Source: the human T2T-CHM13v2.0 reference genome, Homo sapiens
NCBI RefSeq assembly: GCF_009914755.1
Contig: NC_060931.1
Direction: 5' to 3' (one strand)
DNA length: 64,000 nt
Notes under the pieces: generated by a model
Seen by the model: the letters and a program-made list of their open reading frames with translations, nothing else
Told to the model about the DNA's origin: nothing
Databases searched by the model: none
Position numbers and translations under genes: made by a program
Shown: piece by piece, positions 1 to 15,204 of the stretch
Layout of the letters: every line of letters begins with the position of its first letter
Position numbering within the stretch: the stretch's first letter is position 1

Positions 1-192
<192 letters not shown>

Positions 193-194
193 GC

Positions 195-320
195 ATTTTT
201 TTTTTTAGTAGAGATGGGGTTTCACCATGTTGGCCAGGCCGATCTCAAACTCCTGACCTCAAATCATCCGCCCACCTTGGCCTCCTAAGGGATTACAGCT
301 GTGAGCCACCGCGCCCGGCC
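195..320 (-). mobile_element. AluS left monomer plus linker
   Basis: T-rich linker, tagtagagatggggtttcaccatgttggccagg, ending gagccaccgcgcccggcc. Confidence 0.85.
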
Positions 321-3221
321 CCAAAGATGTTCAGAAGTGTGATTATTTTAGGGAAGACAGAGTAACCTAAATGGTAGTGAGAGTTGTATAATTAATTTGA
401 AATGGTAAAATGTTGACATCAGTAGACTGTGACAAGTTACATATGTATAATGGAATACTAAGAGCAACCAAGACAAAAACAAATATGAAGAGATACACTA
501 AAAAAATATTAAGATGGGATCTTATATAATGTTAAGTAATCCACAGAAAGACAAGAATAGAGAAATGGAGGAACAACAATCAGAGGAAGTAAACATAAAA
601 TATTTAAATGACAGATTTAAGAAATAATATGTCAATAATTTAAATTTAAATGATCTAAACATACTTTTCAAAACAGATTGACAAAGTGGATATTTGATGT
701 CTTTTACAAAAAACTAATTTTAAATTTAATCGCTCGTAGTTTACTGTAAATATACAGTAATATGAAGGAAAAATATGTATCATACCAGCATTAATAAGAA
801 AAAAAAGAGTATATCCATATCTAATAAATTGGACTTCAGAGTTAAAAATAAATTCTAGAAGCAAAGAAATATATTCAGTTAAAATAAAAGAAACAATCTA
901 TTAGGAAAACATATTGATCCTAAATGTGTGTGCCTCAATCAATGGAGCTACAAAAGATACCATGCTAAAACCGATATATTGAAAACATAAATAAATATAT
1001 AAATATCATTGAACATTTCAGTAACTTCCCGTCAGCAACTGATGGAACTACTAGACAAAATATCAGCAAGGATATAGAAAATCCAAAAAACACAATCAAC
1101 CAAATTTATCTAACATGTTAACGTAGAACACATCACCCAACAATAGCAGAATACACATTTATTTTGAAGCATACATGGAACATTCACCAAAATAGACCAA
1201 ATCTTGGGTCACTAAACAAAATTCAACAGCTATCAAAGAATTGACATTATACAGATTGTGGCATTATGACAGAGTCAAACTAGAAATTAATAACAGAAAG
1301 CAGAAAAACCTCTAAACAAATGGAAATTAAGCATATTTTTAAATGATTTTTGTGTCAAAGAATAGCTCTTAAGGTAAATAAAAAGTACATTAAACTGAAC
1401 TAAAATAGATAATAAAATATACAAAAATGTATGGTATACTAATGAAGTATTGCTGAGAGTGAAGTTTAAATTTGTAGCTCTAAGTTTGTACTTTTTAAAA
1501 AAGAAGAAAAGACTCAAATCAATAATGTAAGCTCTTTTCTCAAAGATCTAAAAAAGAAGAGCAAAATAAACCCAAAACAAGCAGAAAAAAATAAAACTGG
1601 AATTCAGTGAAACTTAAAATATAAAAACAGTAGAGAAAAATAAATGTAACAAAAAATCCTTCCTATAAAAGAATTTGATAGCTGGTTCTTGCTGGTTCTG
1701 GAAAGACTGACAAAAAATTTTAAAAAGATGCAAGTCACAAATACGAGAAATGTAATTAAAAGTATTATTCTAGATTCTTTAGATTAAAATGATAGGGGAT
1801 TATTATGACACTTTTAAGCTCATAAATTAATGAACTTAGAAAAAATAGAAGAATTCCTGTACAGCCATCAAGAACCAAAACTCAACCAGATGAAACAGAT
1901 AATCTGATGGCCCTATAAGATTAAAAAAGCTTAACACATAATGTCTCTGATAAAGAAATCCTCAGCTCCAGGTGGTTTCTCTGGAGTGTTCTATCAAAAA
2001 TTTGAGGAAAACATCAATTTTAAACAATCTATTTCATCAAACAGAAGCAAAGAAAACACTTCCTATTTATTTTATGAGGCCAAAACTTTCATGATACCAA
2101 AACTGGTCAAAGATAATACAAGAGAGAAGAGACAAAAAAAGAGAGAAAGAGTCTAACATCAACTTATGTGCAAAAATCCTCAAAAAAATATGAGCAAATG
2201 AAATCCAGCAATCTGTTAAAATATCCGCTATATGACCAACTGAAGTTTATTCAAAATGTATATTAGTGATTTAACATTTAAAAACCAAACAATGGAATTT
2301 TTCCTATCAATATGCTAGAGAGGAAAAATTATATGACCATATCAGTTGATACAGAAGAGCATTTGACAAAATCCAACACCTGTTCATGATAAATATTCTC
2401 ACCTACTTAGGAGCCGAAGAAAATTACCTCAGCTTGATAAGAAGATTTAATTTAAAAATCTACAGCAAATGTCATACTTAATGGTGAAGGACTGAATGCG
2501 TTCCTAATTAAAGCAGGGTCAAAGCAACATACATCAACATATTACAGAAAGTTGAAGATACTGAAATAGGACAAGGGAAAAATACAGATTGGAAAGCACA
2601 AAATAAAACTGTATTTGAAGATGACACAATTGTCTGTGTAGAAAATTTCAAGGAATCTACAAAACAATGACCTTAACTACAAAATGAGTTCAACAGCATC
2701 ATATGATGCAAGATTAACACAAAAATTAACCACATCTCTATGTACTAATAATGAACATGTGGAAACCAAAATTAAAAACACGTTGTCATCCACAATCACT
2801 CCCAAATTAATAAAATACTTCAGTATAAAATTAACAAAGCATGTAAAGAACATGTATATAAAAAACTACAAAAGATGCTGATAAAAGACAAATAAATGGA
2901 AATACATTTTTTGTGTTGTTGATGCTGTTGTTGTTTTTGTGTTGGAAGATTCAACATACCAAATGTGCCAATTCTTCCCAATTGACCTACAAGTTTAAAA
3001 TAATTTATATGACAATTCAATGTTTTTCATAGACATAGGCAAAATTATTCTAAAATTTGTATAGAAAAGAGAAGCTAAAGGCATTAAAATGATTAGACAA
3101 TGAAGCATAAAGTGGGAGGTAGATCTCTATCTGATATCAAGGCTTACTATATGCTTACAGTAATCCAGACATTGTTAATTGGAGAACAAACAAATGGATC
3201 AATGGAAGAGAATATGAAATA

Positions 3222-4100
3222 CAGTGGTCCTCCCCTTATTTGTGGGGATACATTCTGAGACTCTCAGTGGATGCCCAAAACTGTATACTGAACATTGTTA
3301 CTATGTTTTTTCATATATAAATGTATGAAAAGTTTATTTTTTATATCTCTGTATAAAATATCTCTCTATAAAATATACAAAGATATTTTGAGAGAGAGAG
3401 CACATTCATATCACTTTTATTATAGTATGCTTATAAACTGTGCCTAGTTATAAATTAAATTTCATTATGCCTATGATGAAATTTAATTTATAAACTAGGC
3501 ACAGTAAGAGGTTGACAACTAATAATAAAATAGAATAATTTTAATGATATACTATAATAAAATGATGTGAATGTGCGCACTCTCTCTCTCAAAATACCTT
3601 GATAGTTTTAGACTGTGATTGTTATTTGTTCCCTGCAAAATTAATGTTGTAACTTAATTCCCAACGTGGCAGTATTAAAAGGTGGGGCCTTTACGAGGTG
3701 ATTGAGTCCTGAGGGTTCTTCCCCTACGAACTGTCATTTCATTTATGGATTAATGGATTAACTGGTTAATGGAATAATGGCTTATAACAGGAGTGGGACT
3801 AGTGGCTTTATAAGAAGCAGAAGAAAGACCTTAGCTAGCACCTCAGCCCCCTCACCATGTGAGAAATCCCTGTGCTACCTTATGACTCTGAGTAGAGTAC
3901 CCACCAACAAGGAGGCCATCCAGATGCCACCACTTGAACTTAGACTTCCCAGCCTCCAGAACTGTAAGGAATGAATTATGTTCCCAATAAGTTACCAGTT
4001 TTAAGTGGCCTTTTCTGAACAACAGAAAATAGATTAAGACAGTGATTGACCACGGGTATCTGAAATTGTGGTAAGTAAAACTGTGAATGGGGAGAATATT
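3222..4100 (-). mobile_element. MER44 (Tigger7-derived MITE), split by MSTD
   Basis: TIR-like ends cagtggtcctccccttat and tgaccacgggtatctgaaa...ggggagaatatt; TA at 3220-3221 and 4101-4102. Confidence 0.8.
3620..4041 (+). mobile_element. MSTD-like MaLR solo LTR
   Basis: TG...CA ends; perfect 5-bp TSD GTGAT at 3615-3619 and 4042-4046; ggattaatggatta and gacttcccagcctccagaactgtaag motifs. Confidence 0.9.
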
Positions 4101-7059
4101 TACAGGAGAAGACCCACACAAATATGGCAAAATAATTTTTAATAGAGAAGCAAAAATTTAATAAAGGAAGGATAGTCCTTCAATAAAGGGCAGCATAACA
4201 TTTAGACATTATATTTAAAAATAAAAATAAACTTTGACATAAAACTCACAACTCATCCTAGAATAAATCCCAAAATGAATCTTGAAGTTAAACGTAACAT
4301 TTAAAACTCTACAACTTTCAGGGGAAAAACACATAGAATAAAATCTTTACAATTTAGGCACAATCTATAAAAGATCAAAAGGATAAATTGGACTTCATCA
4401 TAATGAAGACTTTTGCTCTGTAAAAGAACCATTAAGAGGTTGGAAAATCAAATTACAGGCTTAGAGATTTTTTCCAAATTATATTTGTATTAAATAACTC
4501 ATATCTGAATATACATTTCAGAAAAAACATTCAAAAACTAACAGTAAGAAAACAATTAAATTGGAAAATGAGAGAATATAAAATGCAAATAAGTATATTA
4601 AAGGATGTTCCGTATTATAATCCATAAAGGAAATGCAAATTAAAAACACAATGAGATATCTCTACAACATAATCTGAATTTTGAAAATTAAAAAAAATAG
4701 TAATGCCACCAGATTCTGGCAAGGATGAGAAATTGGTTAATCTATACCAGACTGCTGGAAGTGTGAAATGGTGCAGCCAGTCTGGAAAAATTTGGCAGTT
4801 TCTTATAAATGTAGGTATGTGATTATTATATAGTTCAGCCCAGTAAATGCACTCCTAGACATTTGTCCAAGAGAAGTAAAAACTTATGCTCACACAGAAA
4901 CATGAGCATGTATGTTCATAGTAGTTTTATTTGTAATAGCTCAATATTGGAAATAGCCCAAATGTCCTTCAGTGAGTGAGAGGTTAATCAAACATTGGTA
5001 CAAACACACTATGTGTATCTACTCAGCAATTAAAAGAAATGAACTGTATAAATGTAACAATTAGACTGAATCCCCAGGTAATAATGCTGAAAGAAAAAAA
5101 GTCAATCATAAAAGTTTACATACTATATGACTATAACATTTTAAAAAAATAATATTTTGGAAATGGTAAATATATTGGTATTTGTCAAAAGTTAGGTACA
5201 GAAGTGGGGGAAGAAGGCAAGCCAGTGTGATTGTAAAAGGACAACACGAGGAGTTATTGTGGTGATGGAACTCTTAAGAATTTTAACTATGAGGCAGACT
5301 CGAAAACCTATGCCTGTGATAAGACTATATAATAAAGAAATAAAACCATAAAAATAAGTAAATAAATCTGGGGAAATGTAAGACAGGTGGATTCCATCAA
5401 TGTCCTTATCCTAGTTGTGATAGTACAGTGTAGTTTCGTATTATATCACCATTGGAGGAAGCTGGGCAACGTATGAATAGAATCTCTCTGTATTATTTAT
5501 TTCAACTTCATGGGAATCTGCAATTAGCTCTATAAAATATTTAATAAATGGAAAGAGACAGTATAGTTAACATGAAAGTCTTACTTAATTTTCTCCAGAC
5601 CAACCAAAAATGCAAAACCAATATGCTTGTCTCTGGATGTTCCGCTTCTAAGCCTTACATCATTCTTTTCTCTACCAGGATGCTAAAGAGAATGTCGAAG
5701 AAGGCAGTGTGGGGGTGTGGAAGACAAGTGTCCCCAGAGAAGTCAGGCAGGGCCAGATACAAACAGCTTTTAATCCACATTTCAGATATTTCACCATTAT
5801 AGCACAAAGTTTAATTTTTTTGCAGTTTCTGAAAAGATTCATTCATGCCAAAATGCTATTTTCAGATACTGCTTCTAGGTAAAAGAAAAAATATTGGAAG
5901 ATGTGCATAAATTTATGAAGGAGCAAGGGAAGATAGAAAAATAGAAGTAGTGTATGAGAGTTACCCCAGATGCATTTAATAATTTCCATCCCACAGACTG
6001 ATTGTTTTCTTTGTATGAGAATTTAATATCAGTACCAACTTCAGTAAGTTCTTGAATCTTTCTATTGGACTTTTAAGCCCTTACACTTTCTGATGAATGC
6101 CTTATCTGTAGGCTTTCCCTCTACACAGATCTAGCTGCATTATGATACTTTTAATTATATGACGCATAACACAAATTTTAAGCACAAAAATTTATTTCCT
6201 TTGAAACTATTTTTTTTTGTTTTGTTTTTTAGCATAGCAGCTTGCACCTTAGCAGAAATCTCACTGTTATGGAAATTGCAATGTTCACATTGAAATTACT
6301 TTTTGTTCTTGAGATATCTCATTGTAAAAGCCCATTCCTAATTTATGAGTAATTTAACTTTTCCCATTTTTTATAAGACAGTGCATAGGCAACACTGAAG
6401 CAGACTTCTGAAAACTAATTCTTAATGATATGAAATTAAATTGCCTATTTATTCTATATTTGCACATCTTTCACACTTCAGACAAAAATTAAAGATGACA
6501 TGTTATTAATAATTTATGTAGAAGGTAAATGCATTTATATGAGTCCTTCTGGAGATCACGACTATAACATCTATTTCTAAACTATATATGTTGCACTTTA
6601 ATATTAAACCATATGATGCCATGCTATGATTTATATTCCATATTAGAATTACATGCTTAGAATTTGGTAAATGAATATAAAATCTAAATACCTTTCTATT
6701 GACATGAATAAGCTGTATACATTTTGTTTTATGTTGTGAAAACCATTATAGTATGATTCAAAAAAGGGTAGATGTAAATAATGACCAGAATAGCTTAAAG
6801 AAATGGTCATTGCAACTTGCAAAACTCAATAGAAAGGTTGGCCAATTGGTAGTTTTGTTCTTTTATTAAGGCACAGAGGATATCCAGAAATAAATATTGC
6901 CATTCAATTCACATCAGTTTTCTTAATTCATTTCCCAGGAGTTGTCATAAATAGCAAGATAATGGGATGGTGTTGTTTCTTACAACCAGCCTCTATTTTG
7001 TACCCAGTAAGGATTAGGCATTTGACAGGAATTGATTTGCAGAAATAAATATGGCTTAG

Positions 7060-7300
7060 AATACTCAGTCCTTGCTTTCAAGAAGCCCCAACCCCCTAGG
7101 AGACCAACAAATAACCAGACATGGTTACACAAAGTGCAGTTGTTGCCATGGCAAACATAAGCACCCAGGCCTTTTGGAGCCCATTTGGAAGGTAGGAAAA
7201 ATATGTTGAAATGCCAGCTTTGGGGCTTTGAAAGGTGGCCAAAAGTAGCCTGCAGAAAGAAAAGGTGGGTGAAGAAGAGGAAGGATTTAGAAACTTCCTG
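7060..7300 (-). mobile_element. Degraded L2 fragment
   Basis: cagtccttgctttcaagaagc resembles the antisense L2 3' region. Confidence 0.35.
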
Positions 7301-9004
7301 GAAGAGCGCTGACTTTTAAGATTAAGTTACATTACTGCATCATCAGGACAATGCATATTAAGTCATTAATGCTTACAGGTATTCACACTGCTAAAACATT
7401 TCAAGAGGAGGTAAAATGACATATCTAGAAGCTCCATAACCTTAAAAACTCATGCAAAATTGATGCTAATTTAACTAATATATTTATAAGTTCACACCAC
7501 TTTTTTCTGCTGCTGAATTCATTACAAAATGAAAAAAAGTTCTTGAAGAAAAATGACACTAAAGTAACATTTGTAAGAAACTTTCTATAAAGCTGATAAT
7601 AAAAACTATCACTACTTCAGTGCAGCCATCTGTAGCCCTAATCATCTTACACTTTTGAGAAATGTATTTCTGATATGCAAAACATAAATGAGCAAAACAG
7701 TACACCCAAAGTAAAACTATGAAAAGTAATTTACCAAGGTGTAATAGACACTGTCATGTGAACTGTTTGTTTCAAAATGAAACCTGCCTGTGGCAATGAG
7801 AAGATCACTATGCCCAGTCAGTGTATACCATCAGATAAGTCCCAGTCTCAAAGAACCAAAGAATTTTAACTTTCAAAAAGTTATGTGAACAGTCATTGCA
7901 TATGCTGAATGTAATTCATTTATAAGAACTTAACATAGTTCACATTGAGACAATCAGAAAAATCAGCAAATTGACCATGATCAATTTTTTTTAATGTGGA
8001 ATAGAAATGATATTCTGTTGGGAAATATGTTTTCCTCCAAAATAGTAATTTAAAACCTTTGTTTTTACTAACAGTCATAAGAAACCTCCTTTCTGTTTAC
8101 TATATATTAGATAATAATTCATTAGATATATAATATTTTCCTACTTAGGTCTGCAAATTTCTATAATTTACTGTTTTAATATTTTGCTAGTTTAATAAAT
8201 TGTATTTTTACTTTTACATTTATACTGTTAACAAAGTGAGTGTTCTAGTAACATTGCTGGTGTAGGGTAAATGTTATATTCATAAGTCCTCAATTTTCAT
8301 CATCATTTTTATTATGGTTTTAAATTATATGAGCAAATTATATTTTCAATAAGTTTTTATGAATTTAACATAAATTCTAATATATTTAGGAATATTCTCA
8401 TGTTTGTTTCATAATTGAAATCAAATTTCCTGGGCATTAAACGAGTCACAAACCTCTTCCCATGACACATCATGCTGCATTATTTCTGGACATTTCAATT
8501 TACAAAAAAAGAACTCACAGAACTTTTGCTTCCAGAATTTTGTAGTAAGCATATCTGTGCCTATTTCTCCTGCTAAGCACAGCTAACTTCCCTAAAAAGC
8601 ATATACAAAACAAACATAAGAAGACTTTGAAAATTGAAAAGAAAAGCTCAGGCTTCCTAGGAGGCTGGAGATCTAAGGAATAACACAATGATGAGCATCC
8701 TCTGTTTTCTATTTTTCCTCGTATATTTCAGGTGGGAACTGAAGAAACCAGCCACCCAGAACTGTCAATGGCTGCAGAAAAAAACAAGCCTAAACAAAAG
8801 CCTGCTCTTTCTAATCAAAGAAGCAGGGAAGAGACAGCCTAGAAAGATAAAAAAGTTTTAGAAAATAACCATTCTACTCTAGCCAAACACCGCAGATAAA
8901 ACCGTGGGCCCCATTCCCACTTACACAGCTCAAGGCAGAGGAGGCAGTTTACACTTACACCCTCACAAAATTATAATGAAGCAACCCCAAGTCACTCCTG
9001 AAGT

Positions 9005-9638
9005 TGTTACTGGAAAGGGGTCTGTATCCAAACCCCAAGAGAGAGTTCTTGGACCTCATGCAAGAAAGAATTTGGGGTGAGTCCATAGAGTAAAGTGAAA
9101 GCAAGCTTATTGAGAAAGTAAAGAAATAATGAATGGGTACTCCATAGGCAGAACAGCAGCTTGGGCTACTGTACTGATAATATCTGTAGTTATTTCTTGA
9201 TTATATGCTAAACAAGCGGTGGATTATTCATGAGTTTTCTGGGAAAAGGGTGGGCAATTCCCAGGACTGAGAGTTTCTTACCATTTCAGACCATATAGGG
9301 TAACTTTCTGACGTTGTCATGGAATTTGTAAACAGTGGTGGCACTGGTGGGAGTGTCTTTAAGCATGCTAATGCATTATAATTAGCATATAATGAGCAGT
9401 GAGGACAACCAGAGGTCACTTTCATTTTCATCTTGGTTTTGGTGGGTCTTGGCCAGCTCCTTTACCACAACCTGTTTTATCAGCAAGGTCTTTGTGACGT
9501 GTATCTTGTGTCCACCTCCTATGTCATTCTGTGACTTAGAATGCCTAATCTCCTGGGAATGGAGGCCAGTAGGTCTCAGCCTCATTTTACCCAGTCGCTA
9601 TTCAAAATGGAGTTTCTCTGGGTCAAATGCCTCAAACA
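9005..9638 (-). mobile_element. MER41B solo LTR (ERV1)
   Basis: About 630 bp, TG...CA; antisense MER41B hallmarks ccccaagagagagttcttggacctc, gcatgctaatgcattataattagc, ggtctcagcctcattttacccag. Confidence 0.9.
9237..9245. promoter_or_regulatory. GAS (STAT1) motif TTCTGGGAA within MER41B
   Basis: Exact TTCN3GAA at the position of the MER41B tandem GAS pair; the partner at 9258-9266 reads TTCCCAGGA (one mismatch). Confidence 0.55.
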
Positions 9639-12261
9639 GTGTGGCATCATATAAGACCAAGAAGAGGGCTGGGACTTTTATTCCTGCCACCTATTAATGA
9701 AGTCTCTCTCACCCCTCATAGTGTAAGTAAAGAGTACATGGGGAGCCAGGAATTCTACCTCAACCCAAAATTAACAAGACACTCCTCTCACTTCCTGCTG
9801 TGGTGTCATAAGAGAAGGCCTAGTGGACAGTCAAGACATTAATCACCATCCAGCAGTAATAAGGCCACCAGCACTTCTGGGTCTATGAGGATAATGTGTG
9901 CAATTGGAACTCCCAGACTTGCCCAGCAGTAATGAGGAGCTCCTTTCTTGGATGCCAGGGAGGCTGAATGGACAATTTGGACTACTACTGCCATCTAGCA
10001 GTAATGAGACAGTGTGCCCCTTTCCCGGGCAGAAGGAGTCAGAGAAAGTAATCTAAAACTGAAAAATTAAAATAAGGTCCAGAGTCTCAGGATGTAAACA
10101 TATGTTTTCAGATTTCAATAGAAAATCACTCAGAAACCAATAGCAAGAATATCTCTAATTGAATAATGAAGTTAATAGATGACATCACTGACATGACAGA
10201 GATATTAGAACTACTAACAAATATTTTAAATCAGCTATAATAAGAATGCTTCAATGAGCAGTGACTAAAACCCTTGAAACAAATAAAAAGAAGTTTTCAA
10301 TAAAGAAATGAAAACTTACCAGAAAAGAAATAGAAGATATAAAGAAGAGCTGAATGGACATGTTAGAACTGAAAGTTACAGAAACAGAAACTAAAAACTG
10401 AGTAGATGTGCTCAAGACTTTAATGGAGAACACAGAGAAAAGAATTAACCAATAGGAAAATAGAAAATTATAAATTGCACACTCTGAATAAGAGAGAAAA
10501 CAGACTAAAAAAATAAACAAAGCATCAAAAATGATGAATTAAAACCAAAAATCTAACATTTAGGTCATCAGAATCTCAGAACAAATAGGAAATGAGAGTG
10601 GATATATTACTCAAAAAAATAATGGCTGAAAACTTTCAAGATCTGGCAAGAGACGTGTACCTCCAGATTCAAGAAGCTATGGGGACAGTAACTTGATAAA
10701 TATGAGGAAATACATGCCAGTAAACATGGAAGAAGTAAAGACAGAAAAGCCAGCAATGCAGCCAGAGAAAAATAAAATCTTACTCATATCGGGGGATAAA
10801 AATAATTAGAAGAACCAGAGGTTTCTCATCTGGAACCGTAAAGCCAGAAGGAAATGGGCCAATATTTTGTATGTGCTAAAAGAAGAGGCCTGCCAACGGA
10901 AAATCCTACACTCAGTGAAAATATTCTTCAGGAATGACAAGGAAATTAAGTTATTATCAGATGTAGGACAATAAGAGACTGTTGTTAGTACATATATCCT
11001 AAAAAAATGGGTAAAGAAGATTCTCTAAGTAGAAAGAAAATGTTAAATGAAGACATCTTGAGAAAAGACCCTTAACAGAAATATAGATTAATGCTATAAG
11101 CTTTCCTATCTTCTTGTATTTTCTAAATTATGCTTGATAGATAAAGCAAAAATATAGAATAATGTGATCAATAATGTATGTGGAATAAATAGTTAATTGT
11201 ATTATAAATGGAAAAGGTTACACAGACATAAAGGGAGATAATCTTTCTGTGCTTCACTGTATTTTGTAAATCAATGTCAACAGAGTAGTGTCTTATACAT
11301 AAATTTGGTATACGTAATGTAATAGTGTAAATGCTGAAATGTTTATACAAAAGACACCCATAAACTGTATATAGATAAGTTGAAATTGAATTCTAAAAAT
11401 TATTCAAGTAACCTACATAAAGGTAGAAAAAAGAAAACAGAAACAAAAAAAAAAAAACAGAAGAAACAGAAAATGAGCAATAAAATGGCTCATTTTATTG
11501 CAATAAAATTAAGCCCCAACACAGAAATAATTGCATTAAACATAAAAAAGGTCTAAATACACCAATCAAAAAAATAGATAGAATTATTTTTAAAATGTTG
11601 AACTACATGTTGTGAAGTGAGTTGTATATGCTCACAAACTCACTTCAAATATGACATATACAACTTGAAAATAAAAGAATGAAAAAAGACATATAATACA
11701 AGCATTAATCAAAGGAAAGTAGGAGTAACTGTTAATATCAGATAAAGTATACTTCAGAAGAAATATATGTAATGTATATGTGTGTACACACACACATTCA
11801 CACATATGTGTATTTATGAGAGGGATATTATACACTAATGAAAAGGCCAATTCACCAGGAAGACATGGCAATCTTAAGTGTATATATACCAAATAACAGA
11901 GCTGCAAGTTATGAGAAGCAAACATCAACAGAACTGAGAAAAACAGACAAATCCAAAACTATATTTAGAGATTTTAACATCTCTATCCGCAAAATTGATA
12001 GAACACCTATACAGAAAATTAGCAAGGATACAGAAGAAATCTATATTATTACCAGCCAAAATATCTAATTCACAATTGTAAGACAATTGGACCAAGAACA
12101 GCAGAATCCACAATATTTTCAAGTATTCCTGGAATATATCCCAAGATAGTCCATATTCTGAGCCGTAAGTCAAGCCTCATACAGAATGTGTATTTTCACC
12201 AGAGTAGAACCAAAGTACAAACCAATAACAGAAAAATAATAGGATAATCTCGAAACACTTG

Positions 12262-12679
12262 TGTCTTAGTTGTTTAGCGTTGTTATAAAGGAATACCTGA
12301 GGTTGAGTAATTTATTAAGAAACAAGATTTATTTGTCTTGTGATTCTGCTGGCTGTCCATGAAACATGCTGCCGGCATCTGCTTTGGGTGACGGCTTTCG
12401 GCTGCTTTCACTCTTGATGGAGGCAAAGAGGAGCCAGCATGTGTAAAGATCACATGGCGAGAGTGGAAGCAAGTGAAACGGGGGGAGGTTCCAGGATCTT
12501 TTTCAGAATCAGCTCTCACAGAAACTAAGAGAGCTACAGCTCAGTCATTACCATGACACCAACCTATTCATGAGGAGCCTGCCTCCATGACCCAAACACC
12601 TTCCATTAGGTCCCACCTTCAACACCGCAAATCAGATTTCGACATCAGGTTTGAGGGAACAAACATCCAAGCTATAGCA
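12262..12679 (-). mobile_element. MSTB-type MaLR solo LTR
   Basis: tgtcttagt...gctatagca; perfect TSD ACTTG at 12257-12261 and 12680-12684. Confidence 0.9.
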
Positions 12680-12977
12680 ACTTGGAAACTAAAAATAAAC
12701 TTCTAAGTAATCCATGGGCCAATAAAGAAGTCCTAACATAATTTTTAAAAATTACATTGAACTAACTGAAAATAAAAATACACATAGCAAAATTTCTGAG
12801 ACACAACTAAAAATTTTGGGAAGGAAATATATTATTACTAAATGCTCACTCACTAGAAAAGAGAAAAAATTCAAATAAATAATCAGAGCTATCATCTTAA
12901 GTGTCTCTTCCAAAAAAGAAAAGCAAAATAAACACAAAACACCCAGAAGAATGGAAATAAATGTAATAGCAAAAATC

Positions 12978-13140
12978 AGCTAGGTGTGGGGGCATGTGCC
13001 TGTAATCCTAGCTACTCCAGAGGCTGAGAAAGGAGGATCATTTGAGTCCAGGAGTTCAAGGTTGTTGTGCACTATAATTGTGCCTGTGAAAGCCATTCCA
13101 CTCCACCCTGGGAAACATAGCAAGAACCCATCTTAAAATA
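12978..13140 (+). mobile_element. FAM (fossil Alu monomer)
   Basis: Single monomer with the FAM-type segment gtgcactataattgtgcctgtgaaagccattccactcc. Confidence 0.8.
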
Positions 13141-14032
13141 ATCATATTCATAATCATTATAAAGAAGTGCAAATTTATGTATTCTATTAAATTTCTTTCA
13201 AAAAAGAAATCTATGAAATTGAAAGCAGAAAAAGAGGAGAGAAAAGGGATGAAACAAAGTTCCTTTGATTCCTTGAAGAGATGGATGAAATTTACAAAAC
13301 CCTATAGCAAGAATGACAAAAAAAAATGTAAGACAAAAACTACTAACATTGAGAATAAGACATAAGCTATCACTATAGACCTGGGAGACATGAAAAAAAT
13401 ATTAAAAAATACTGTGAACAACTCTATGCTCATAAATTTGACATCTTACATGACTGGAGTAATTCTTTAAAGAATCCACACAATTCATCCAATAAAAATA
13501 CGTAATTTGACTATTTCTTTAAATATTAAGATAAATGAATTAATAATTTAACAAAACCCCAAAATCAAAATCTGTTTCTATTTTTATTACATATAATTAT
13601 ACTGGATAATTTTACTAAACATTTAAAGAAGAATCAGCACCAATTCCACACAATCTCTCCTGGAAAATAGAAGAGGCAAGAACTCTTTCCAGTTTATCTT
13701 ATTAATCTAGTATTACCCTAATATAAAAACCAGAACAAGACAGTATACAATTTCATAAATTATTTTATAGTTACAGAAATCAAGATTGTGTGACATAGGC
13801 AGAGAAAGGGACATGTAGATCAATGGAACAGAATGGACAGCCCAGAAACAGACTAACATGAATATGCCTAACTAATTTTTGAAAGAGATTCAAAAGCAGT
13901 CAGTGGAGGAAACACAGCCTTTGCAAAACACTGCACCGGAACAAATGAACATCGAAAGGCACAAAACTACTTGTCTCAAACTTTACACAAAAATGGACTC
14001 AAAATGATCACAGAATGGTATGCAAAATGTTA

Positions 14033-14437
<405 letters not shown>

Positions 14438-14891
14438 TTATCCCTAACTCAATTTTATATTATTGGTAACTGCTTTGTAATATTCTGTATTGTTGAGAAA
14501 ATTTCTCTTTATTCCTAGTTTGCTGAGAGTTTTATCACACATGGATATTAGATTCTGCAAAATGCCTTTTTCTACATCCATTGATATAATCAGATTTTCT
14601 TCTCAGCCTGTTGAGATGCAGTGGATTATATTAATTGATTTTCCAGTGTTGAACCAGCCTTATGTACTTAGAAAAATACCTCAGTTGATCATGAGTATCA
14701 TGCATTTTATACATAGTTGGATTCAATTGCTAATATTTTGTTGAATAATTTTGCATTTACGTTCATGAGAAATCTTAGTCTGATTTTCTTATAATATCTT
14801 TATCCACTTTTAGTATTAGAGTAATGAAGGCCTCAAAAACCAGTTAAGGTCTACTTTTTTGCTTCTGTTTTCTGGAATTAATTTTGGAGAA

Positions 14892-15204
<313 letters not shown>

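Larger units (their letters stand above)
325..5547 (+). mobile_element. Old L1 (L1MD-like): inter-ORF region, decayed ORF2 and 3' UTR, interrupted by MER44/MSTD
   Basis: Collinear L1 ORF2 motifs (caatagcagaatacacatt, gcatttgacaaaatccaacacc, gaaatgcaaattaaaaacacaatgagata); L1MD-type 3' end (ggtggattccatcaatgtcc...atctctctgtattattt) ending in AATAAA. Confidence 0.85.

Noticed and set aside
5940-6130. Short minus-strand open stretches with splice-like ends
   Set aside because: In-frame stop nearby, weak acceptors, no recognisable protein
11838-12068. ORF resembling an endonuclease (IHQEDMAILSVYIPNNRA)
   Set aside because: Remnant of L1 ORF2 EN in a dead element
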